Below are positions 1 to 13,685 of a stretch of DNA of 64,000 nucleotides, piece after piece (the stretch's first letter is position 1; every line of letters begins with the position of its first letter). Location: contig OZ241826.1 of NCBI GenBank assembly GCA_965202585.1, forward strand, positions 109,740,001 to 109,804,000, given 5' to 3'. Both the position numbers and the translations under genes were made by a program. Under the pieces are notes generated by a model, which ran no database searches, was not told the DNA's origin, and worked only from the letters and a program-made list of their open reading frames with translations. Source of the stretch: Thalia democratica. Its lineage: Eukaryota.

Positions 1-3000
1 ATTTTATTTAAAAGTTATAAGCTACAAACTTAAAAAGCATTAAATATTTAGAATTTTTAAGTTTCTTATTAATTATATACAGTACATTTTGAACCAATTT
101 TTCTGAGCTTTTAACTAAATTGTTAAAAAAAGGAAATTAAAAGTTTAAGACAAACTTTGATTGTAATGCTTACTTGTTAAGTTGAGTGGCTTTTGTCTTA
201 AAAAAAAAACAACAGTGATATAATTTACCTTTATGTCGCTTTCTAAATATTTGTTGTACAACCAGTACTTTTACTTTAAATTTTTTCAAATATTTACTTA
301 AATTTTACCCTTTAAAACTTTAACGGTTTGTATACAAAACAAAAAAACACGTAATAATTAAGAAGTACAAAATTTTTTTTTTTAACTGTTATTTTAAAAA
401 AACAACTTGCTGAACAAATTAATTATAATCAAAATGAACCAGATTAGTAAAAATATCTAAAATTAAAAACTTAACCGAACTATTTAAAGAAATTCACGAA
501 GTAAAAAAGCAAGAATATAATTTATTTTGGATAATTATGAAACCAAATCTGAAAAACCATACAAAAAAAAAATATCTGCAAACTATGTTTATCAAAAACC
601 TTAGAAATTTTAGAGGAAAGTAGAATCATATTAAAAGGAGAAACGTTCTTATGAAAACCTGTGGACGTAAAGCAAAATAAATTCTTAAAAACTGGCAAAA
701 ACAAAAGCAAAGAGTTTTATATATATAATAATTTGTAACTTTATATATAACAAAAGTAATAATGTATGTTGTACCAATTTCTATGTTTTTTTTTACCAAA
801 ACTTGTTTTTATTATTTTAAAACGTTATATTCGTTACAGTTTTAAAACTCTTAGCTTTAACCATAAATTTTGTTTTTATAGTTAATAGTCTACTGATTTT
901 GTTACTTAAACCTAATTACTAAAAACAAACTAACTTACTTTACTTTAAAACAATTAAGACGCCCAACTACTTATCTAATTTTTAATATAAATATAGCCAT
1001 ATTTAGTGATTTTAAACGTTTATTTTGACTAAAGAAAACTGGTAATAATATCACTGCAAAACTCAAATTTTGAAATAAACTTAAAATCACTAAGTCGTTT
1101 AAATTAAATGGTAAACGTATTCGTACTATTATAAATAATTTATATTAGTATTAATATTTTTGTTAATATTATCAATAATATGATTAATAGAACATAATTT
1201 ACTAAATTGAAAATATTTGTGTAAGAAATTCTTTAAAATCAGGTTAAAATTTAACAAAATAAACACTTTTAAATAAGTTGGTAAAAAAAAAGTCCAATTG
1301 TATTTTATTTTGCTTATAAAGTGAAACGTTTTCAAATGTGTACCTTTTACCATTTTTAACTAAATGCTTTCAATTTGGTTAAAAACCAAAATATAAGCCA
1401 AAACGTGTCATTCAAAATTTTGTTTGGTTTTAGTTTTTTTCACCATTAATATACTACAGATCACTACAATTTAATTTGTAGCTTCTGAAAATAGGAGTAG
1501 AAATGCTTACAGCTTATTTTATTTACTTTCTAAACAGGCATAATTGAATATTGAAAAAACAAATCGCTAGTAACTTTTAACTATCATTTATACTTTAAAT
1601 TCTAAGTTTTTTACTTTCATGATTTTCTTTCATGATTGTTTTCATTTTATGTTTAAAACTTAACTTTTATTCTACGGAACTATTTTTTTTCTAAAGGAAA
1701 GTTAATCTAATTTTAACCATTAGGACTTACCTAAAGTTTAGTTTAAATTATTTTATACTTTACATTTTTTTCTCCTTTACTTATTTGTATCATGTAAAAA
1801 CATAACTCACTTACGTCTAATAACTTTAAAAAGGTACTAAGTAAAGCACTTAGAACTTGATATGTTAAACTACTTTAGGGACTTTCTTATAGTAAAATGT
1901 TGCAACAAAATAGCTAGAATAATCAATGTAAATTAAAGTTGTAGTGTAAAAATACTTACAGAGCTATTTAAATGAAAATAATATAGGACTAAGGAAAATG
2001 AAGTAAAGTAAATAAATATTTATTTTGATTATTTTTAGTATCATTATTGAGAACTGTTTTAAAACTGTAAATACTTGCAAGTAGACTACACTGAATAATA
2101 TTAAAATTTTAATGCTTTAAATTGTTAAGTAGCTAAAATCTTGAAAAATTTAAACTTAAATTTCAAAGTTGTTTAGCGCTGATGACTTAGGGATAAAAGC
2201 TTCATAATTTTCCCACACTTTTTGGTTCTTAGTTTTTAAGATATTATTATTTGTTAGCTTTTTCCAAATGGTGTGTTACCAAAGTTGTTTTTGTTCAAAA
2301 GATAGTTTTTGGTTTATTTTGTTTTAAATATTTAAAATTAAGTACTAATGGGGTAGGTAACACACTAACCTTTCCCAAAAAACCTTTATCATTGCAAGAG
2401 GTTTTAAATTAGTGTATTTTTACGGTAATAAAGTAAAGACAATCTATCAAAGTCAATAGTACATATCTGACCACTATTTGTTTTTTGATATTAAATCCCA
2501 TGTATTTTATCTAACTTATTGGACAGAAAAAAAAAGTTAAACTTTCTTTTAAAATGTTGCTTTTGATTATAATTTTACATATTTAAATAAATTTACTTTA
2601 TTTGAATAAGAAGAAGAAAATAGATCAACTTTGTTCCTTTTAATAAAGTAAAATGTTTTCAATTGTAACAACTAAAAATTAGTACTAAAAATACTATAAG
2701 TTTAGTTTTAATAACTTTAACAATGTTTTTAAAATTTTTTTAACTAAATTACCTGCAGTAATGCGAAAAACAGGTTTCTTTTACATCAAATTTTTGAAAG
2801 TTTTAATTTTATTGTTTTATGCATAACAAAAATTAAGTACTTTATGTTGAAAAATTTCTATGAAACTAAGTAATTCAAGTAAAAAGTATGCTAATCAAAA
2901 AACACAACTTTTGACAGTAATTTAGGTTAATCAACTTAGTAATATGTAAAATTTTGACATATAGTCTCAACCCTTATACTTTGTTAATATATACATATAT

Positions 3001-3189
3001 GTTTATGTTTTTAAATTGCAAAGACATCGAAGAAACTTGTTTATTCTCATAGGTTACTTTTAATGATTGCTGATCTAGCTATCAAATACCCGGCACCTAC
3101 TAAAGCATATGAGTTTACAAACCATCTCTTTTGTGTTTATATTTTAATACAGTAGCTCAGAGTTTATGTGAAAGTTTGTTTTTTCACTT

Positions 3190-3515
3190 ACCGAGTACCT
3201 ATGGAAGTAGTTTAACAGATCTCTTTAATCAAAGAAAACTATCGTCCATAAACATCAAATAACAAAAATTTTGTTATAATCATATTAATATAAAGTTATA
3301 GATAGGTGTTTTAAAGTTAAATTTTTGTTATTATTAATAAATATGTTAGTTTATTGCTTTATAACTAAATTTTTCTAAACTTGTTTTGAAGCTGATGAGT
3401 GCATTAGCACGAAACTCGAGTCCTTTGAGTTCTACATCTTGAAATAAACCTGTTTATTAATAAAGCCATAAAGTGGGCTCAGTGTTAAAGGTTTGATTTA
3501 TCAAGTTCAATAACT
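3190..3515 (+). mobile_element. Probable 3' end/pseudo-LTR fragment of a Penelope-like element (or retrozyme-like repeat)
   Basis: Contains the hammerhead followed by AATAAA and ends at a (TA)-rich tract near 3520-3548. Upstream at about 3220-3260 is a decayed SLIKEN..P-like frame resembling the C-terminus of PLE GIY-YIG proteins. Boundaries are uncertain. Confidence 0.4.
3385..3429 (+). ncRNA. Minimal type I hammerhead ribozyme
   Basis: Sequence tttgaag-CTGATGA-GTGC(atta)GCAC-GAAA-C(tcga)G-TC/ctttgag. The conserved core is complete: CUGAUGA 3392-3398, 4-bp stem II, GAAA 3411-3414, GUC cleavage triplet 3420-3422. Stem III is 2 bp with a palindromic UCGA loop. Stem I is ttgaag/ctttga with G-U wobbles. 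Confidence 0.85.
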
Positions 3516-3827
3516 TAATTCTTTATATATCTATATATATAATATATTGAAATGACAATTTAAAAAATGCTTGAACATATGTTTTAGAATGACAAAAAAG
3601 ATTGTCTCTAATCTTCAGCCAGTTCAAATTTGAAATAAAAAGCACTTTGGTAAACAAAGATGCAAAAGTTTACAAAAAAACAAAAACAAAATGACGTAAG
3701 AATTGAACACTGTGCATTACAAATATTCAGTACAAAAATCGATCTACCATCTAACTAATCAAACCACTAAAATTAACGAAAACAACAGTTAATTGACTAT
3801 AAAATACCTCAAAATTTGTTATATTTA

Positions 3828-3985
3828 AAAGGAGCTTTTTCATATGTCGACAAGACGGTATGAATTCGCTCCTCTTATTTAAACAACCTTTCTTTTTTAA
3901 CGCCTACATAACGGCTGTTAATATAAGGTTATTTAGGTAAGAGAATTGAATTCTTATCGTGTTGTCAACATATGAAAAATCTTTT
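3828..3985. mobile_element. Fold-back MITE-like element
   Basis: Imperfect inverted arms of about 60 bp: tttttcatatgtcgacaagacggtatgaattc...aacaacctt versus aaggttattt...gaattcttatcgtgttgtcaacatatgaaaaa, with a spacer of about 35 bp. Confidence 0.7.
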
Positions 3986-4590
3986 CCTAAAATACAACAA
4001 ATTTTTTCTTTAAATTTTGAAACAATTTTTGTCAGATTTATATGCATTTTATAATATTATAGCTTTTCGATTACTTAAAATACCAGTAAACTGTTAATAA
4101 TGCTAGACTTTTTAATTATGTTTAAGTGAAAATTTAAGGCTTATGGATAGAAAAAATAATTGCAGTAGAGTTGTGATTGTTTTATTGTTTCTAATTTTTG
4201 TAGCCCTGTTTGAAAACTCTTAGAATACTGAAAATTTTAAACTTTAATATTCTGAGGTTTGCCAAACTACTATTATAAATACAAATATTTTTTGTATATG
4301 TATCTTTTCTATATTATCAATTTTAAAGATTGAAAATCTATCAGGGATTTAAAGTTATTAAGCATTACGTAGGGTAATATTAAATTTGAGTTATAAATAG
4401 ATCTATAAAAAAGAGATCAATAAAAACAGTTGAATAAAGTGGCCTGATGTTACTTTTTTTGGACATTTGTCAAGGTGATAGTTAGTCAGTCAAATTCTTA
4501 GCATTAGAAATAGTAGTTTTTCAGACACATATGGAGAAAATTGAGACAAAATTCGCAGTTTTACCTTTTAATAGTAAACCTATATGTATA

Positions 4591-4940
4591 CAGGATTTTT
4601 GATAATTTGAAAAAAAAAACCTGAATGGCAATCACTAAAAGACCTGGAAAAACCTCGAATTTTAAACAACTTTATCATTTTAAATAAAAATTTTTTGATA
4701 GGGTATTAAAAATTTACTATAAAGATATTTTTTTTGGACATCATCATAAAATTTTTTATTCAAAAACACATTAAATATAGCTTTACTGTGTATTTTCAAA
4801 ACCTATAAACTTTTTAACATAGTTTGTTACCTTTAATTTAAATTTATACTAAAAATAGACTTAAAAATTTGCACTTTGATAAACCTTGAGAAAATTTTGA
4901 AAACCTGGAAAAATTTATGTAAGAACGAGTGGCAACCCAG
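4591..4940. mobile_element. Decayed hAT-like MITE
   Basis: Repeated acctggaaaa subterminal motifs and a right terminus gtggcaacccag. Flanks tatgtata/tatttata match at 7 of 8 positions, like a TSD. The left terminus is degenerate. Confidence 0.35.
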
Positions 4941-7900
4941 TATTTATAACTTAGACTGAGGTATGTATTATGCTGATTAGAAAAAAAACTAAACTACTTT
5001 AAATGTTTGATTTTAACTAAAACTGCGGCCACAGAAGGTGTATGGTGTTCATAATTTGACCTAGTACTTCTATAGCCGGTTGACACCTAATCTAATGTAA
5101 TGAACATTTAAAATGTCTTTTTAAACGTAATCTTTGATGCTTGGATAAGTTTTTTTTTAATATGATGTTTTTTTTTTAATTTAGTTACATTTCTCGTTTT
5201 AAACACAGTGTTGACGTCATAAGTTAAAATTATCGAGTCTAGTTTTATTGAAATAGTATAAATTAAAAAAAAAACTTAGTTTTGTTAAGCAATTATGATA
5301 TCAATGTCTATTTGATTAAAAATAAATTTTAAAAACAGTCAAATGGCTGTCATAATTTTCAAATAGTATTAATTATCTGGTTTATAGTGTGATAAAACTG
5401 TTTTGAGTTACTTCAAATGCTTGTAATTTTGTTTAAAGAAAAACATTTCTTGTTACTCTGATGAATTGAATTTAAAGAGATAGATTTTGGTACACATAAT
5501 ATATTAGTACTACCAATTTTGTTTAAATGCTACCTTATTTATTTACTATCTTTTTAACTTTATGTTTTTATTAAGATTACTTTAAATAAATTAGACAAGG
5601 AAGTTTGAACAATGAATCAACAAATAACCATTACTAAATAACTATTTAAAAAAATAAGTTATTTTTCAAACCTTTTTAAATCACTTGGCAGAAGTGAAAA
5701 CTTAATAACGAACCAAGCTTGTGCAGTAAACCCTAAACAAATATAGAGTGGCAGCTTTAAAAATCTATTTAAAAAGACTTGAAATAACCAAATAAAAATT
5801 AATTAAAAACTAACTTTTAGTGAGCAACAAAATATAAAATGCTAGTTAAACTATTAAACATGTAAATCTAAACAACACTTCACAACATTATTTTACATCT
5901 AAATAACACTTACAGTTTAAAAACAAACTATTTAAATAAAATTCCTTTAGTAGCTTCTTTCTCTCAGCTACACAAAAAAACAAAAAATCGCAGTTATAAA
6001 AATGTATTTAATATGTTTTCTAAAAATGTTTATCAGTAATTTATGTTAATCATTGCACATTTAGGTGCTTTAAGAGTTCGCTTCTATACATTGTCATTTT
6101 TGCTAACTGCAAGTAAGTGCAGCTAGTACTAACTATTTTCTAAATGTGCTGAGTTTAAACATATATAATGCAAGTAGTTGCAGTAGTTCGGTTCATCTCT
6201 TCTTCCTCAGTTTTTTTATTTTCACTCTAACCAGTTCTACCTTAATGTTAAAATGTGATGTTTTCCTAACTCTAAACAGCAAGCAGCATGCAAAAAATTT
6301 AAAATAAAAATATGTAAAGTATATATAAATTCAAATTAGTCATGAAACTAGTTTTAAATTTAAACTAAGTTAGAATAATAATAAGAAAAAAAACAATCAA
6401 GTATCTTGTTTTTTCATCGTCAGTTTTATCCTTTTTTATTTTATATGGAAAGAACAAAAAAAATTATCAGAATATTTAATTTAAGAAAAAGTATTTGACA
6501 AATAATTATTATGTTATTTAAGATCAAAATGTTGGCACAAAAAATAATTAAAAAACATTTGTTAAGTCATACAGAAACATCACTTAACTGTCATGCTTAA
6601 CTAAACCCTATATTTACATTGGCTTTTCTAATACTTTACTTGTTAGCTCTTTAATCTTAAGTTTAATATTTTTAACATTTTGTTCAATTTTTAGACCATC
6701 TTTTATCAAGTCGTTGTGTTTTAAATCTAGTTTCAAAATTTCTCTTTTAGGTTCCATTATTTTGTCTTATTGCTTACAAGTCTAAAACTTGTTGAACTAT
6801 TTTATTTTGCATTACTTTAAGAATCAATACAGCTGTTTTTGTTTGCAATTTTTCTAACATAAGTTGTTTTAACCTAATAGAATAATTAGTGGTTCTGTAT
6901 ATTTAGACATTTATTTGGTCCCCTCCTATAATGTTGATGGTTTCTATATTTGCAATAACCTTTCACTGTACGGTCTTTTTTTTTGAAGCCTCAGCTACCT
7001 TTTAAACTGCAGACTATAGCTTGGTAACTATTGGTAACCTTTTACAATTTAACATCACCTGTCATCAAATAAATGAAAGTATTCGTTGTTTTTACTAGTA
7101 AACGTACATAAAAATACTTTTCTACTTAATCTTAATTTTTTTATTGTATTAAAGATGTAAGTTGATCACTGCATGAAAGAATACAAATAGTGAAATACAT
7201 TATTCTAAGTTTGATTAATAAAACGTTTTTCCAAACTTAATAAATTTTAATTTGTTTTGTTGAAAGTTTTAATTGATTAATATAGTTAGTCATTTAGTTT
7301 ATTAACGTTTTGTCAAACGACAGTATAATAAAAGAAATGCTCGTTTAAAAAAAAATTCTACATAATTAACAAAATGTTTACAATCAGGTTCAGCATATAA
7401 TAAATTCAGTTTTTAGTTTCTAGACTTGAAGTAAAATTTAAGAGAGTTAACAATAATATTAGTCAGTTTTACTCGAAAAAATTATGTTGTTTTTAGTCTT
7501 ATTAAGAATTTTTTTAATTTTTTAATTCATAATATTTTTTCGATATAATTTAGTTTTAATTTAAATACATTTTAATCTTATTGTTTTATTGTAAAAGAGT
7601 TATTATTGTATCTATAACTGTTTTTTTCACTGTTCGAAAATTAAACATAAGGTGCATCATATAAATTGTTGTAGAAACGTTTTTTATCATTTTTCAAGCA
7701 CTAATGAAGTTATAAAGTTTAATCAAACATTGTAATAATAACTTAAAGTGAAATGTGTTTATAAAACCAGTAAACAGTTACTTGAAATTTTTTTATTTTA
7801 GCGGACACAATAACATTTTTTAAACATGGATACCCTACATAGTGCAACTATTTTTAAACTGTTACAAATGCAACTGACCATTTCTTATTTATTACTTTTG

Positions 7901-9371
7901 TATCTTTATAAAAGTATTTATATTTGTACATAACTTACATATGTTTAACGTTTATTTTAGTTGTAACCAAGTTATTATCAACAAAATGTAGAAATTTGAA
8001 AATAAATATTGTACCTTTAAAAAATAAGAAGTGAAATAAAGTGTTACGTAACAAAGAAAGTAAATTTAATTTTAACAATTTTTAAAGTTTTATTGAACTT
8101 TCTAAAGCTCATTGTTCAATAAAAAATAATTTTTTAACCTAAATAAAACGTTTTAAGTAGGATTTTAGTTTAAAAGAGGTAGTTTATTTTTCATTTGTAT
8201 TTTTTTATTTAAAATAAAAGGAAGACAATAGTAATATTAACTTTTACAAATGTTTGCATTTTCATTTTTTTCTAAGTTTTTTATTTTTTTAAAACCTAAT
8301 TTATATATAACTAAATAACCTTAAGATATACATCAAGGGCTAGATTTTCAACATATTATTGGTATATAATTCTCTGAAAATGCATCTGTTAAAGTATCTT
8401 ATAATTGTTTATATAACTTTTTAAAACATGATTTCTTCAAAATAAAAGTTTTATTAACTTTATTTCACTTTTTTCATAAGCGTTTTATCATTTTTTTTGT
8501 TTGGTTACACCTTTAACAACTGATATTGTAAATATTTATACAATAGTATACACTGACTTAAGTATATGGACTCTTTTTTTTTTAATCTTAATAGTTTAGT
8601 AGAGTTCTTTTTATCTTAGTAACTAAAACTAGTTTCACTCGACGAAATTTATGATTTTTTTAGGGTATATTTTTTTGTTTCAATAGAAAAAACTGTTAAG
8701 CTGTCATTAAAATTAAAATTATTTTAATTAGCAAAAATAATTATATTATAGCATATTAATTTCTGTATTAGTTTGTTTAAAACTTTTTTTTTTAATTAAT
8801 AAGTTAATTTAACTAATTTCCTTTTAGATCAACTTTAGAAAAACATTTTTAAAGATTAAACATAAACTTTATACTTTATCATTTATAATTTATACATGAT
8901 TAGTTTAATTAAAGGCTTGCTTTATTAAGACAATAAAATATCGATACAAAATTTTACTTAATTAAAGTTTAAGTTAAGTATTATCATTTTATAGTTCTGA
9001 TAAACATTTGTTAAAAAATAAATATCTTAACTTTATAAATATTATGCAGCTGTACAAATTTGAATTGTTACATATTTCCTTCATTTATTAACTCACTAGT
9101 TATAATGGATACTTAATAAGAAAATAATGAGTTTGTTTATTGAAATAAGTTTAAAGTTAATTTAACGATTTTAAAAAAAATAAAAAAATATTTTTTAAGT
9201 ATTAAGTAAAACTTTTAAATAATAAACAAATAAGGAAATCAAAGACTATCTGAAACCAGTGGGTGTTGGTGGATCCCCCCCAAAGGTTCATTTACCCTAA
9301 AAAGCTTAAGCTTGGGTCTTAATCTAAGTTTGAAATTACTATTGGAATATGACATAATTATTACTTTAGAC

Positions 9372-11816
9372 TAGGGGTGGGCAACGTAAATAGTTGACGG
9401 GCCGGATCCAGAAAAAAATAGTCCTCAGCGGGCCGGATCATTTTAAGTTAGTGATCTTTCGGATTCAGCTGGATCCTTTTATTGATCTGGATCCTATTTT
9501 AAACATATCATCCGGATCCGGCTAAATACTAATTTTAGACAAAGGTCTGGATCCGAATGGAAGCTAATTTTAAAAAGATTTGGATCCGGCTAGATGCTTA
9601 TTTATCAGATATTTCAGAACTTTGAATCCATATACTAATTACCAGGGTTCTCAATCATAAAATTTTTTGTTAAACTTTGTTTAGTATTTATAATACTGTA
9701 TATATTATAACTCTGGACCGAATTAATACTTGTTAGTCCTAAAAAAATGATAACTTGGTTACAAAAAGTTACTCGAGCCTAACATTTCAAGCTAAAACAT
9801 AAAAAAATTGCTAACTATTCGCAATTAATTAACTTTGTCAATCCTTATCTGTAGTTTATATTGATAATACTTTTCAAAAATTAACAAACATTACAATATT
9901 AAACTATTACTTTTTAACTTAATTAAGCTTAAGAAGATTTATTACACTTTTGTGCATGTATAAAAGAAACGAAACAAAAAATATTTCTGATATAAAAACA
10001 TGTTTGCCATAAAAAGCAAAAAAAAATAAATAAAAGATCTCGATGAAACACTTAAGTATTATGTATTAGAATTAATTAAATCTAGTTGCATGACGGTTTG
10101 GGAAAATCTGCAAGTTCACTGAAATACCGATTAGGTTTGAAGCTAGCTTATCCTTGTTGATGTTTATAGTCGGAAATGTTTGTTTTTAAATGTGTGAAGT
10201 ATCGAACAACACAACTAATTTCATGGTCATCTTTAGAAGTTGACAAAGTTTGGCTTGATCAATAATACATAAAATCTATCTAAAAATTTTATAAAAGCAA
10301 CGAAAATTATACGTTTGATTTAAAATTTTCTTATTAACTTATTTAAAAAACAGTTAAGCCTAGATAAGGAATTACTTTGGCTTAAAATTTTAACACTTTT
10401 ACTTTTAAAATATCAAATAGTTGTAATTAATTTACGAAATTTAACTAAATTCTGTACTTTAAAAATATTATTATCAAACAATGCACCTAAAATACTTTAT
10501 TAAGAGTACTAACACAAAATAACCAAATATTGAAAAAAAAAATATATATATTTAAAACATAACAAGCATATTAATTTAATAGACTTTAGATTAAGATCGA
10601 TTTCACTAATGAACATATTACTAAACAAAAAACTAAAACATTAAACTGTCACATTATACTTTAAATGCTAAGTTTAAAGAATTTAGCAAGAATAATTAAA
10701 CTAAAAAGAAGTCAATGAGACATTTGTAGATCATAAAAGTTTTTAACAAGTTGTTTAAAAACTGGAAGTATATTTGAAGTAGATGTTATCAGTAATGACT
10801 GCAGATTGGTATCAGTAATACTTGAACGCAGCTTACTTCTGTTTATACACATGGTTAAGAATGTTTGTTTGCAAATATATGTAGACACAAACAGAACAAA
10901 TAACTTCAGTGTCATCTTTTTAAATTAACAATCTTTGACTTGTTAAGTAAGTCATAAAATATGTCAATTATTTAATTTTTAATTTTCTTTTTGTGTATTG
11001 CCTTATTGAAGTTCAACAGTTCTAACAATATTACTAAGTACATTTTCGGTGTCAAACGTCGACGGTGATAAAATAATGTCGAATTCTTCACTTAATTGTT
11101 AAAAGTCCGCAAAACGACGACCAAACTTATTATCAAGTGAAACTATTGTCATCAACTTGTCATCACTAAACTTAACCATATAAATAATCAAAAAGTCCTT
11201 AATGAAAAATCAATAGCAGAAAAAGTGTAAATTGTAGTCTCAACTTAAAACATTTTACTAAAATTAAAATTTGAGCAGTTTGACTTAGAAAAATTGTCAA
11301 TGTTTAAAAAAATATATTTTTCTTTTTTTTAAACATTTAAAAAACAACTCAAACCTTATCGGGAAAAGACAGCAATTTTTGAAACGTTTATATCTTATGA
11401 AAACATTATGGTAAGTAAAATCATCAAAGTTAGTTCAGCAAACAATTGATTTTGGATAATTTGTGAAATAATTACTTCAACTGACTTGAAACAGAACAAG
11501 ATACTATAACAAAATAATGTTTTATCACCACAAAATAAAAAGCCATTTTCACAATTGTTTTCAGGATCAAAGTCTTACAGTTTTGTTTAATGAATGAGTT
11601 CAAAAAAGGATTTGAACAAGTTTTGTAATTTTAAATTGGCTGGCCGGATTTTATATAAATTTTGAAAATGCTTAGCGGGCCGGATCATCCACTTGCGGGC
11701 CGGATCAATTATGTTCGCAGGCCGGATTCCATTTAAAATTAAAAAAGATTTGAGGGCCGATCATTTTCACTCTGCGGGTTGGATCCGGCCCGCGGGCCGT
11801 ACGTTGCCCACCCCTA
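9372..11816 (-). mobile_element. hAT DNA transposon (Charlie/Buster-like), internally deleted and non-autonomous
   Basis: Perfect 17-bp TIRs TAGGGGTGGGCAACGTA (9372-9388, 11800-11816). Identical 8-bp TSD CTTTAGAC (9364-9371, 11817-11824). Clustered GGCCGGATC subterminal repeats at both ends. Transposase remnant inside. Confidence 0.95.
10712..11590 (-). pseudogene. Degenerate hAT transposase, C-terminal part including the dimerisation domain
   Basis: ORF 10712-10915 (LFVSTYICKQTFLTMCINRSKLRSSITDTNLQSLLITSTSNILPVFKQLVK...QMSH*) matches the C-terminus pattern of Charlie/ZBED5/EPM2AIP1-type transposases. The upstream part is broken by stops and frameshifts. Confidence 0.8.
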
Positions 11817-13685
11817 CTTTAGACTATACTTAGTATTATTATATATAACCAAGCACAACAATTGAGTGGGTTTCTCTATTAAACGAACTTAAATGAATAC
11901 AAAAACATCATCATCTTGTAAAAATCACAAGAACTATTAAATATGTAAATTGTGAATTAGAGTAATGTATTTTAACTACTATAAAAAACTCAATAATATT
12001 TTAAAAAGTAATTAAAATTAAATGCAAAACCAAGTGTTAAAAACTTCAAGAACTATAAAAGTATGTCACTTATTTGGTGCATTTTATTGTAAACCTTGGA
12101 AAATGCTTTAAGTAAATCACTTGTTAAAAACCAAAGGAGCTATAAAATGTACAGTGTAAGAGAATTACAAAACTGTATTTAAATAACAATCTTTAAATCA
12201 AACAAATACATTTATAAATATTTACATTAAAACTTTATAAAACGACTAAATACCATTATTCAAGGTTCTTTCTTGTTAACAGTTTCTGCAGCTCCTGGCG
12301 GTTCAACACACAACTCAGTCTGCACTATCAGCTTGTGACTAAAACATTAAAATGAATCGTTGCATTATACAGTTTTGATTGTACGCCTTAAAAAAAAATG
12401 CGCTCTCATTCTATTTATTCTCTTTCTCACATTTTGTTACATTATACTTTGCCAGAGTAAGAAATTGTAAGTGATCTTAACTCTTTATTTTCTCTTAAAA
12501 ACAAAACGGTTTTCAAGTGAAGCTTGGAATATCTTTACATATCAAACAGATTAGTAAATGTGCATCGTAAAGCTCGTTGTGACGTAACATAAAAATAATC
12601 ACTAAAGTTCTTTAAGTGTAGATATGAACAAACGGATTTATGTTAAAGGTAACGTAGTGCCTTTTGTGGCCTATCCGGAAGCAAATTTTAAAAGCTGTTT
12701 TATCAACAGCTAAATTTATTTATCAACTACCACAACTTGCTTTTTGAACTACACATTTATATTACAACTAAGAAAACCCATTTGTTGTTTGTCTAAAGAT
12801 TAAAAGAAAAATCTAGACCGTTATGACAAACATTTTAAAGAAATGAGGAAGCAAATACTAAACTTGACGTTTATACAAAAATGTTATGTTCTTACTGAAA
12901 ATTTTACAAACAGCAATAAGTTTTCCTAATAAATTTCACAAATAAATAAGTAAAATTATAGATATTAAATATAAAACGATTTACAAGATTTAAAAAGTAC
13001 TAGCCTTATTAAGTACAAATAAGTCTAAAATATGAAGGAGTTTTAATATGGTAAATAGCTAGTTGTAAAATATACTACAACAAAAGAAGTCTCCTACTTT
13101 GAGTAATCTACAATTCTTAGAAGTTATATTTTATAAATATTGCTTTTTTATAACTTTTCTCACTTACTCTAACCCTTACCTTAGAACTAACATTGTTAAT
13201 AATCAAATAGTTAAAGATGAAATATAATGTATTTGCTTATTAGAAATAACTCGTTTTAAATAATACATCCAATGTTTTTGGTAAATTTGTGTTTATAGTT
13301 TCTATGTGTTCTGACCATCAAAATTTCTATCTGTAATTATTCTCAAATATTTGTAGCTATTTGCCTTCGTTATAAATTTTTCACATAATCTTATTTTAAG
13401 ATTTATATTGTCTTAAAACCTAATAATCAAATCAATCAAATTAATTTAACTTTGTTTGTGAATCACTTGTTTACCATAGATTAATTTTTTATCGGTTATG
13501 TTATATGTTGCACAAACGTTATTTTTTAATGTTTATTTTTTTTAGCCAGTTTAAATCCATTTAAGTTGTTTTTGTACGATTTAAAGACTACACTAAAAAG
13601 AAAAATTATTAATATTTCATTAAAACAATAAAAGCTTGGTACGATTCTGAATAGCATACATAAGTAAACGTATTTAAAACAAAAA

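Noticed and set aside
170-6970. Many micro-exon-like AG..GTAAGT patterns (e.g. minus 174-196, GTACTCG near 3192, plus 48-nt ALRVRFYTLSFLLTA at 6065-6112; also minus 27-nt near 58670-58696)
   Set aside because: My rough count of GTAAGT on each strand (about 16-20) matches chance expectation at this composition, shows no strand excess, and no consistent gene model could be assembled.
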